Below are positions 25,450-33,799 of a stretch of DNA of 64,000 bases, piece by piece. This DNA comes from an uncultured bacterium. Lineage in GTDB: Bacteria > Oederibacteriota > Oederibacteriia > Oederibacteriales > Oederibacteriaceae. The notes below the pieces were generated by a model, which worked only from the letters and a program-made list of their open reading frames with translations, was not told where the DNA came from and did not search any database. Each line of letters opens with the position of its first letter. The stretch's first letter is position 1. Position numbers and translations under genes: made by a program. Location of the stretch: NCBI GenBank assembly GCA_965112635.1, contig OZ218778.1, forward strand, positions 2,528,001 to 2,592,000, written 5' to 3'.

Positions 25450-26781
25450 TCACCATTTGAACTTAAAATTGAACCACTGGGGCTTTTGTGCCATTTTACC
25501 CACCCAAACCAGCACGACCAGGATGGCGGCCATGCAGGATGCCGTATACACCACGGGCGCAGAGGGATGGATGCCATACAAGTACCCTCCCAGGATAGGC
25601 GTGGGGAAACTGATCAGAGACGCCAGGATCTGCGTCAAGGCCAGCATCCGCGGCCTTTCCTGGTTGGTCATCAGGCTGGCCCAGTAACCGTTGGCCGCGG
25701 AGTTGTAGATCCCGCCTCCGAATGATCCGATCACAAAAGACACGATGACCACTCCCAACGCGCCAATTGGCGTGATCAAGAGCAGCGCGTCGCTCAGGCC
25801 CATCAGCACGACGCTGAGGAACAGGTATCCCAGCAGAGACCTGCCGGTGATGAATGGCACGACCAAAAAGAAGGACAAGATGGTCGTGGCGCTGCTGACG
25901 GCCATCAGCAGAGAAAGGTATTCCGGCCTGATGACCAGGCCTTGACTGTCGGTGATGAAGAGGTTCAGATAGGTGCCTCCGACGGCAAAAGCGGTTCCGG
26001 CGAAGATGTGGACCAGCATGAACACTTTGAGATCCATCCTCGACCAAAGGGTCTTGACGGCCTTCAAGTTGGTGAGCCCGACCTCCTTGAGCGACTCGAT
26101 CAAGGGCCTGGGTTTCCTGGGGACGCTCGTGTCTTTGACCATACTCAGCCTCATGAACCAGCCGATCAGCATCAGGACAAATCCGATGCCCATGATCCAC
26201 CGGGTCGTCCAGGAAACCCCCCAGATTTTGATAAAAATCCCCGACAAAGAGACAAAAAGGCTCGTGCCGATCCAGGTCACCTGCATCAGACCGAAATAAA
26301 TGGGAGAGTGGCGTTTCGGCGAGCCTTTCAGGACCAGGGAAAAATAGGCCGGCCAGCAGATGGCCTGGAACCCCGACAGGAAGGACCCTATGAAGAACAG
26401 GAAATACCCGTGGGCAAAACCGTAACACGCGTAGATAGCCGGCCAGATGAGGATATCCGTGAGCATGATCGCCCTTTTTAACCCCAAACGCTCCGGGAGC
26501 CATCCCCCCAGGAGCGAACCAAGGACCTGGGCAATGATATTGACCGATGTCAGGGTCCCTATTTCGACCTTACTTAAACCCTGCTCAGCCATAAAAAGTG
26601 GAAGAAAGGTGATCAGGAAGGTGCTGCTGACATTCCATAGCATTCCCGTATAGATAAGGACGCTGGCATTGCCGCTGATGGCGGAGAACATCCTTTTCAC
26701 TCTGAGGCTGTGCCTCCCAAGAAGCTCCAGGGGATACCGCCAAAATAGTTCTGGAATTATGTTAAAAAGGGTTTCGAACAC
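25450..26781 (-). CDS. MFS transporter
   Basis: About 12 hydrophobic segments and a motif A-like GGWLPERLGLKR; co-oriented upstream of rhaI. Confidence 0.85.
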   Translation of the reverse strand: MFETLFNIIPELFWRYPLELLGRHSLRVKRMFSAISGNASVLIYTGMLWNVSSTFLITFLPLFMAEQGLSKVEIGTLTSVNIIAQVLGSLLGGWLPERLGLKRAIMLTDILIWPAIYACYGFAHGYFLFFIGSFLSGFQAICWPAYFSLVLKGSPKRHSPIYFGLMQVTWIGTSLFVSLSGIFIKIWGVSWTTRWIMGIGFVLMLIGWFMRLSMVKDTSVPRKPRPLIESLKEVGLTNLKAVKTLWSRMDLKVFMLVHIFAGTAFAVGGTYLNLFITDSQGLVIRPEYLSLLMAVSSATTILSFFLVVPFITGRSLLGYLFLSVVLMGLSDALLLITPIGALGVVIVSFVIGSFGGGIYNSAANGYWASLMTNQERPRMLALTQILASLISFPTPILGGYLYGIHPSAPVVYTASCMAAILVVLVWVGKMAQKPQWFNFKFKW

Positions 26782-26808
26782 AGGGCCTTTCCGGGTCTAT
26801 CGGGATAG

Positions 26809-26842
26809 CGCTTATTCACCCACGGGCTCTGCCCGTTGGGGA
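26809..26842. mobile_element. IS200/IS605-family end-like hairpin (remnant or PATE/REP-like)
   Basis: CGCTTATTCACCCACGGGCTCTGCCCGTTGGGG resembles the subterminal hairpin pattern ..ATTCATCCCACGGCTnAAGCCGTGGG. No tnpA or tnpB is nearby. Confidence 0.35.
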
Positions 26843-26995
26843 CCCACCCGACCGCATTTGCAAAACGTTGAACTATCGAAAACACCTCCTGGGCAAATCA
26901 TAACAAAAACTTTAATTAATGCCCATTGGATAAAGGACTTTTTAGAGTGTAATATATAGTTGTTGTATGCGATTTTTCTTTTTGCGGAGTTGAGC

Positions 26996-27718
26996 ATGAA
27001 TTACAACAGGAGAAAATTTACCCGTTTGCCGCTGGTGGTGAACACGGATATTTTCAACGAGAACAGCAAGCAGTTCGTGGCCACCGGTTATCTGGGCGAC
27101 ATCAGCATCGGCGGGTTGGGCATCTACACCGCGACAGACCTAAAACTTCAGAACACCTACCTTTTCAATTTTGGCCTGCCCAACGGGATCATCTGCAGAG
27201 CGGTCAGGGGCAGGATCATGCTGCGGCGGCAGGAAAGCGGCGCCATCTACTTCGGGATCCAGTTCATGGCCACGGACATCCTCACCAAATGGAAACTTCT
27301 GCAGGCTATCTGGTGGCTCAAGTTCCACCCCAAGTTCTATAAGAAACAGGACATGGGGCGTTCCGGGACGCCCCGCCATGACCAGCGCCGCTATCCCAGG
27401 GTCAGGACCAACCTGGCCATGGAGATCACCTACCATAAAAAAGACAAACCCGTCATGATAGGCAAGATCGTGGACGTCAGCGAAGGCGGGCTTTGCATCG
27501 AATGCAGCAAGCCGCTCAAGACTTCCCATCCTGTTTTCCTGACCTCGTTCAGCCTTTCCAACACCGCGGACGACTGGGAAAAAATATACGTCCAATGCAA
27601 ACCCGTCTGGAAGATGATACGCCAACAGTCCTATATCTACGGAGTGAAGTTTATTAGCATCGGTTACCTGCGCAGGAGAAAGATAAGACACTATATCATC
27701 AATAAGATGGCGGCTTAA
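26996..27718 (+). CDS. Tandem PilZ-domain (c-di-GMP binding) protein
   Basis: Two RxxxR...DxSxGG motif sets (RRKFTR/DISIGG and RRYPR/DVSEGG). Start corrected to ATG 26996 with SD GGAG. Confidence 0.88.
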   Translation: MNYNRRKFTRLPLVVNTDIFNENSKQFVATGYLGDISIGGLGIYTATDLKLQNTYLFNFGLPNGIICRAVRGRIMLRRQESGAIYFGIQFMATDILTKWKLLQAIWWLKFHPKFYKKQDMGRSGTPRHDQRRYPRVRTNLAMEITYHKKDKPVMIGKIVDVSEGGLCIECSKPLKTSHPVFLTSFSLSNTADDWEKIYVQCKPVWKMIRQQSYIYGVKFISIGYLRRRKIRHYIINKMAA

Positions 27719-27760
27719 ATCCTGGCTCCGCCCTCAGACTCCAAACAACTCCCAAGGTAG

Positions 27761-28525
27761 CTATACCTTCATACGGTTAAAAGACCACGCCCCCACGAGG
27801 ATAAAAACCACGTCAAAGCAGATCACTATCAAAAGATTGGGAAGGAACGCCAGTGAAGATGAAGATGCGCCCAGGATGGCGCACCGCAAGCCGTCCACCG
27901 CGTAAGTAGCCGGGTCCAGGTGAGTGATGACCCGCATCCAAGCCGGCAGGCCCTTCAGCGGATACAGGGCTCCGGACAGGAGAAATAACGGATAGACCGC
28001 AAAACTGGCTACCAGCCCGAACCCCTCGGGACTTTCCATCAAAGAGCCCAGGATAAGCCCCAGGCTGACCAAACCCAGGGTCAGGGCAAAGAGCATCACC
28101 AGGGTCAGCCCTAAACTGGCCAGGGTGAAAGGAATACCCAGGAATACCCCGATGACCAGCAAAATGCAGGCCTGCAATAAAGAATCGGTCATGCCTCCCA
28201 GAACTTTCCCGAAGAAAATGGTGGTACGGGAAAGCGGTGTGATCAGGACCTCTTTGAGAAAATCAATTTTTTTGTCCCACACCACATAGGCGCCGTTGAA
28301 CATGGAGTTGAAGATGATGGTCATGGCCAGGAATCCGGGGAAAATAAAGAACCGGTATTCCTGCCCGTCCATTTTGGTAATGGTCCCGATCCCCGACCCA
28401 AATATGAAATACCAGAACAAGGGCAGGAAAATGGCTGAGATGATGCGGCTGTACTCTCTCTGAAAAACTTTAAATTCCCTGTACCATAAAGCATAGATGC
28501 CTTTAAAAACTTTGCTAAAGTTCAT
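27761..28525 (-). CDS. ABC-2 type transporter permease (DrrB-like)
   Basis: Six-TM pattern with FIFPG, LSGALYP and DPATYAVDGLR. Confidence 0.9.
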   Translation of the reverse strand: MNFSKVFKGIYALWYREFKVFQREYSRIISAIFLPLFWYFIFGSGIGTITKMDGQEYRFFIFPGFLAMTIIFNSMFNGAYVVWDKKIDFLKEVLITPLSRTTIFFGKVLGGMTDSLLQACILLVIGVFLGIPFTLASLGLTLVMLFALTLGLVSLGLILGSLMESPEGFGLVASFAVYPLFLLSGALYPLKGLPAWMRVITHLDPATYAVDGLRCAILGASSSSLAFLPNLLIVICFDVVFILVGAWSFNRMKV

Positions 28526-29499
28526 GTGTTGGAGCCCGCATTCGAGATCGTCCGGATATATTCCGAAGGATCCCCTTCCTGGTCACGCATAGCGTGGCCC
28601 GTATAGTGGAGAAAAACATCGTTGAGGTCCGGGGAATGCACTTCCACGAATTCCACTGACCCGGCCACACGCAGTAATTCCTGCAGGTTTTTGCCTGAAT
28701 TTTCCACGGTCAGCCGCAGCTGCCCCTCCATCTGCTCTATTTTTTTGACGAACTTCAGCTGTTCCAGCTGGCCGGTCGAGATACTTTTTCCTCGCAGGAC
28801 CACCTGGTCGCCCCCCAAATGACGCTTGAGGCTGTCCGGCGTGTCCAGCGCTACGATCTTGCCGTGGTCGATGATAGCGATCCGGCCGCACAGCTTTTCC
28901 GCTTCTTCCATATAGTGGGTGGTAATGATGACGGTCATGTTCATTTTTTTGGCCAGGGATTGGATATAGTCCCAGATATGTTCCCTGGTTTGCGGGTCCA
29001 ACCCCAGGGTGGGCTCGTCCAGAAACAATATCTCCGGCTCATGCAGCAACCCCCTGGCCAGCTCCATCCGGCGCCGCATACCTCCCGAATATTTTTTGAC
29101 TATGTCATTCTGGCGGTCCAGGAGGTTTACCAAAGTCAGCACCTCTTTTATCTTCGGGTCGATTTTTTTCATAGGTACGTTATACATCAAGGCGTGCAAT
29201 TTCAGATTTTCATAGCCGGTCAACAGCGTGTCGGAGCTGGGGTCCTGGAACACCATACCTATGGTGCTCCTGACCTTGTCCGGCCGGGACTGGACGTCAA
29301 ATCCATTGACCAGGGCGGTGCCAGAGGTGGGTTTTAAGAGAGTGGACAGGATCATCAGGGTCGTGGTTTTGCCCGCGCCGTTGGGCCCCAGTAAACCGAA
29401 TATCTCCCCTTGCTTGATAGTCAGGTTAATCCCATCCACAGCAGTCAGCGAATCATACTTTTTGACCAAATTTGTCATTTTAATGGCATCCATTGACAA
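28522..29499 (-). CDS. ABC transporter ATP-binding protein (DrrA-like)
   Basis: Walker A GPNGAGKTT, signature YSGGMRRR, Walker B LFLDEPTLGLD. The start may be ATG 29493. Confidence 0.95.
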   Translation of the reverse strand: MSMDAIKMTNLVKKYDSLTAVDGINLTIKQGEIFGLLGPNGAGKTTTLMILSTLLKPTSGTALVNGFDVQSRPDKVRSTIGMVFQDPSSDTLLTGYENLKLHALMYNVPMKKIDPKIKEVLTLVNLLDRQNDIVKKYSGGMRRRMELARGLLHEPEILFLDEPTLGLDPQTREHIWDYIQSLAKKMNMTVIITTHYMEEAEKLCGRIAIIDHGKIVALDTPDSLKRHLGGDQVVLRGKSISTGQLEQLKFVKKIEQMEGQLRLTVENSGKNLQELLRVAGSVEFVEVHSPDLNDVFLHYTGHAMRDQEGDPSEYIRTISNAGSNT

Positions 29500-29763
29500 T
29501 ATTTTCCTTTATTTAAAGCACAAAAAGTCTTAGTCCCCGCCTATCTATTCATAGACCAGGCCCTACAACCATATTCTAGCCTTGCTATACTACCATTTAT
29601 ACCCAAAAAATGGGTTAGGAAACCAGGTACGAAAACCACTAAACTTTAATAAAACTGGAACTTTCCTTATTAAAAAATGTCTAAATATTATTAGTTGTAT
29701 CAGAGACAAAAAACAAATTAGAAGGTAATATTGTTGTATTCTCGGGTTTATGGAGAGTTATCA

Positions 29764-32649
29764 ATGCCAGCCAAAAAATTAAATGGATTAAATACCCTGC
29801 TATTTTCTTTTTTATTGTTGGCGGTTTTCTCCCTGTCGGCTTTTGCTGAAAACTGGCCGGGTTATAAAGGATATTTAAAGGACAGCTTCTCCAGCGTCAC
29901 CATCACTCCCACTTCCCTGGGTCTGAAATGGGCCAAGCGCTTCAATATTATTGTTCCCACCTCTGGCTGGAGTAATGGCACTGAGCATTCCCGTAATCTT
30001 GCGCTGTATAACAGCAATCTGGCTTTAGTCGCCACAATTGACCCCAATGTTGGTACTAATACAGCCTGCGTAACGGTTCTTAACGCCAACACCGGGAGTG
30101 TCCTGAATTGTCTGCAAACCAACCAAAGGTATGGCCCTTATAAGAGCCAGATGGACACCTGCGATGAAGAGTTTAGCGAACATGTCCTGGCTTGGGATCC
30201 TGATACAGGCTATTTATTTTTAGCCATAGGCGGAGACCAGGCCGACAAGACCGCCATTGATCCGATGCAAAACAGCGGCTCGTTTGACGGGACGCATATC
30301 CAGGCGGCCGTGGGAGCCTATCAAAATCTTGTCAACAACTGGCCCGGGATCCGCAGTGTGCGGACATATTTAGGCGCCTTTACTGATAACAGTGGGATGA
30401 CCCGGGCAGAATGCTTTGATCCCAGGACCGGGGGCCAGGGCATGGGGCCTGACCAATGGGATTATGGTGTCACAGCTGATGGGTCTAACTCAGCCGGATT
30501 CTATGATGTGGAACCGGGAAGCAATTATCTCATCGTCAACAAAAATGAAGGCCACGATCTTGCCGGGGGCACGATGCTCATCAACAAATACACAGGCTTG
30601 GCTGCCAGCCACGATTGGGACCAGTCGTATAACACCTACCTGGCCTGGCCGGCTTTTAAAATGTGGGGAGGCTACCTGGTGAACAAGGATAAGGCTTACT
30701 ACATGGGTCCCTACAGCCCCACCCAGGCCGGCAATCTGCCGGGCGCCAATGACGTCAATAGCGGATTGCGCCTTGGATGCATCCAATACCACGATGTCAA
30801 TCAATATCCCCTGGATGGTGGATATACCGGCCAGGGAATGAGCGAGACCGCGACCATGACCTCCAAAGTGTTCGACTACCAGCTTTCCAGCCCTGCCCCA
30901 TGCTGGGTTGAATGGGATAGCACCTATAGGAACAAAGCTTTCCTTGTGGATAGCAGTACAGGCGGGGTGTGGGCAGCCTGGAAGCCAACCGTGGCCGGCC
31001 CTGTCCAGTTGGTCAGTGCCACCCCGCTAAGCGAACAGACCTACAATCTATCCGTCGGCGCCAACATGCATCAGGAAGATATCTGGCACAATATGGCCCT
31101 GGCCGATCTGGGCGCAGCCGGAAAATATATTGTATATGCCTTGTTTAACGCCCAAAGTCCCACCACCAGGGGGGTGTCCAATAGCAACTATCCCTCGGGC
31201 CCGGCCCTGGCTCCGACAGGCCCAAGCACACTCACTGTTTTTGACGCCAACGCCGGGACTGAAAAATGGACCTACCAGTTAAATACCGCGGCCGGGAACG
31301 GTAACTACCCTACACTTCCTCCCAATCCGTGTGTTTTATATGCGGAAAAGAACAGGATGATCGTTACGGGGAACTATGCTTATGTGTCCTGGATAGATAC
31401 GCAGACCGGGCCTAACTTAAAATTAAATGTAGTGGGTTTTGATATTACCGCGGCATCCGCTCCGGCCTCGCCGCCCACACCTTTTACCTATGACCTGGGG
31501 GTAGCCCTCAACTCCAGCCTGACCCAGGGTTCTGGAGGTAATATGGCCAGCCGGGCCACGGACATGATCGCGGCTGACGGCACCCTCTATGTGCTGGTAG
31601 AGGAAGAAACCTATGTGTCTGGTGACGGCGGTCTTACCACGCGTCCCGGCTATGTCAACGCCCAGCAGGTCATTGCCCTGAGCCAGGTCGCCCAAACCCC
31701 GACCTTTACTTCAACCCCGACTGCAACCAGCACGGCCACGGCGACACGCACCGCCACGCAGACCCCGACTCCCATCGCCTCGTCAACTTCCACGGTGACT
31801 TCCAGTCAGACCCTGACCAGCTCCCAAACGGTGACCCCATCCCTTACCCTCACCCCTAGCCATACCAATACAATCACTACCACTTCTACCCAGACGCTCA
31901 CGAGTTCCCAGACCGTAACGCCTTCATTGACCCTGACTTCCAGCCAGACCTTTACCATCACCCAGACCTCGACCCAGTCCTACACCTCGACCCAAACCCT
32001 GACCTCTACTCAAACATCCACTCCTAGCCAGACCTTTACCATCACCCAGACCTCCACCCAGACCAATTCACCGACCCAAACATTGACACCGTCCGAAACC
32101 CTGACCTCCAGCCAGACCTTTACCGTGACGGTCACCGCGACTCAGACAGCCACCTTTACCCAGACCCTAACTGTTACTCAGACCCTGACCTCTAGCAACA
32201 CCTTTACCGTGACCAACACCGTAACGCCTTCCCAAACTGTGACGCCAAGCCTGACCGTGACATCAAGCGCCACCCTGACCAGCTCCCTGACCTTTACCCC
32301 GACTCCCAGCGGCAAACTACAAATTCTGCAGCATGTGCCCTACCCCAACCCGGTCCAGCATAATAATATGAGCATTTACGTGGAGCTGGCTGATGTCCCT
32401 AATAAGATGAATTTCAAGCTTTACACCTGCGGGATGAGGCTGGTGCGGGCTTTCCATATTGAACAACCTGGGAATAATATGCAGATCGTGTATGACAACA
32501 ATGTGGCCAGGTACGCCTACACGTTCAACTACGACCTTACGGACGGGAACGGCAACTTGCTCGCCAACGGCCTTTATTACTACGTGATCGAATCATCCAA
32601 AAACCAGGTCAACTACAGGGTCATCGGCAAATTCTTCGTCCTGCGTTAA
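29764..32649 (+). CDS. Large secreted protein: PQQ-like beta-propeller-type N-domain, Thr-rich linker, C-terminal YPNP Ig-like (T9SS-CTD/FlgD-like) domain; paralogue A
   Basis: Signal peptide ending AFA; ENWPGYKG...LKW and FDANAGTEKWTY motifs; ~200-aa Thr-rich tract; PYPNP...ANGLYYY...GKFFVLR. Start taken at ATG 29764. Confidence 0.8.
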   Translation: MPAKKLNGLNTLLFSFLLLAVFSLSAFAENWPGYKGYLKDSFSSVTITPTSLGLKWAKRFNIIVPTSGWSNGTEHSRNLALYNSNLALVATIDPNVGTNTACVTVLNANTGSVLNCLQTNQRYGPYKSQMDTCDEEFSEHVLAWDPDTGYLFLAIGGDQADKTAIDPMQNSGSFDGTHIQAAVGAYQNLVNNWPGIRSVRTYLGAFTDNSGMTRAECFDPRTGGQGMGPDQWDYGVTADGSNSAGFYDVEPGSNYLIVNKNEGHDLAGGTMLINKYTGLAASHDWDQSYNTYLAWPAFKMWGGYLVNKDKAYYMGPYSPTQAGNLPGANDVNSGLRLGCIQYHDVNQYPLDGGYTGQGMSETATMTSKVFDYQLSSPAPCWVEWDSTYRNKAFLVDSSTGGVWAAWKPTVAGPVQLVSATPLSEQTYNLSVGANMHQEDIWHNMALADLGAAGKYIVYALFNAQSPTTRGVSNSNYPSGPALAPTGPSTLTVFDANAGTEKWTYQLNTAAGNGNYPTLPPNPCVLYAEKNRMIVTGNYAYVSWIDTQTGPNLKLNVVGFDITAASAPASPPTPFTYDLGVALNSSLTQGSGGNMASRATDMIAADGTLYVLVEEETYVSGDGGLTTRPGYVNAQQVIALSQVAQTPTFTSTPTATSTATATRTATQTPTPIASSTSTVTSSQTLTSSQTVTPSLTLTPSHTNTITTTSTQTLTSSQTVTPSLTLTSSQTFTITQTSTQSYTSTQTLTSTQTSTPSQTFTITQTSTQTNSPTQTLTPSETLTSSQTFTVTVTATQTATFTQTLTVTQTLTSSNTFTVTNTVTPSQTVTPSLTVTSSATLTSSLTFTPTPSGKLQILQHVPYPNPVQHNNMSIYVELADVPNKMNFKLYTCGMRLVRAFHIEQPGNNMQIVYDNNVARYAYTFNYDLTDGNGNLLANGLYYYVIESSKNQVNYRVIGKFFVLR
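31690..32310 (+). repeat. Thr-rich low-complexity coding repeat with approximate hexapeptide (18-bp) periodicity
   Basis: TSSQTLTSSQTVTPSLTLTPS... with Thr at nearly every second residue. Equivalent tracts lie at about 35750-36450 (+) and 37170-37850 (-). Confidence 0.85.
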
Positions 32650-32734
32650 CAGCCCGCGGTTCTTCTCCAACCTTAACAGCATAACCATAGTAATTTGTGA
32701 ATGATTTAGTTGTGAGCAGTGGACGAGGGGGGAA

Positions 32735-33634
32735 TTAACTTTTCTTCCGGGATACTAAGCGGAAAGCCCGCGGCGTCAGGCCGGTGACCCTCTTGAAGGC
32801 TATGGTGAAGCTATGGCTGGAGGAAAAGCCCAGGTCCAGCCCTATCTTCTTGACCTGATCATTGGACTTGGCCAGCTTCTCACGGGCGCAATTAACACGC
32901 TGGCGGAGATAGTAGTACGCTGGAGAAAGCCCTGTCTGTTTTTTGAACTGGTTCTTGAAATAGGAAAGAGCCCAGCCCAGTTTTTTGCTGATCTCGGATA
33001 AGGCCAGGGGCCTGGCCAGGTTTTGGTTCATGAGTTGTATGGCCTCTTTGACCAGCACCGATTGTCTCGGGGGACGCGCCACGTTCTGCCCTGCTCTTAA
33101 AACCGCCAAAAGAAGTTCCAACAAAGCAGCCCTGGTGTCCAATACCCTAAATGGGTTTTCGGGGAGACTGAGGTTGGCCAAAATCCGGTCAAAAGAAGTT
33201 TCCACCACAGCTGGAACCGGAAAACAGCACTGGGGCAGTTGCCGCAGCCTCGCGCATAACGCCCAGGCTTCTTCTTTAGGTAAACCTAAAAAGTTACCTT
33301 TCTTTTGCGCCTCGAAGGACACGCAGACCCAGTACATCTCACAGGGGGTGAAAAGATTCTCCGCTGCCCCGTGCTTTTCTTTGTGCTGGGTGATGGCTAC
33401 CTGACCGCTGCGCAGCTCATAAAAATGCGGCTCCTCTGACCCGAACCGCTTGCTCACCCCGCGTTTCATGTAAAGGATCTCCAGCGCGTCGTGGACGTGC
33501 AACTCATCCTCTTCGTTAATATGAGTTCTTTTTATGATAGTTTTCCCTGCGATCACCAATTCCGGGATACCAACCAACGGATCATAGTGATCAATGGCTG
33601 CGTAAAGGTGGTCGTTATGTTTTATTTTGCTCAA
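32735..33634 (-). CDS. AraC family transcriptional regulator
   Basis: Cupin-like HVHDALEI; C-terminal double HTH FKKQTGLSP...LGFSSSHSFTIAFKRVTGLTPRAFR. Confidence 0.93.
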   Translation of the reverse strand: MSKIKHNDHLYAAIDHYDPLVGIPELVIAGKTIIKRTHINEEDELHVHDALEILYMKRGVSKRFGSEEPHFYELRSGQVAITQHKEKHGAAENLFTPCEMYWVCVSFEAQKKGNFLGLPKEEAWALCARLRQLPQCCFPVPAVVETSFDRILANLSLPENPFRVLDTRAALLELLLAVLRAGQNVARPPRQSVLVKEAIQLMNQNLARPLALSEISKKLGWALSYFKNQFKKQTGLSPAYYYLRQRVNCAREKLAKSNDQVKKIGLDLGFSSSHSFTIAFKRVTGLTPRAFRLVSRKKS

Positions 33635-33799
33635 TGTCCAGCTGCCCCTCCCCTAAAAACCATGAAAAACATAAGCAATATGCTTCCGAATAGTCACAAA
33701 GATACAGTGTACTTTTTGAACTATCATTTCAGAAACTCTACTCGGTCTTAGGTGTCTAATTATACATAAATAAACTACCGATACACAAATCGGAGAAAC

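Noticed and set aside
26945-26962. NrdR-box-like sequence (ACTATATATT core on the minus strand)
   Set aside because: The flanks do not match the palindromic consensus, it is a single copy, and it lies in an AT-rich promoter with no nrd gene nearby.
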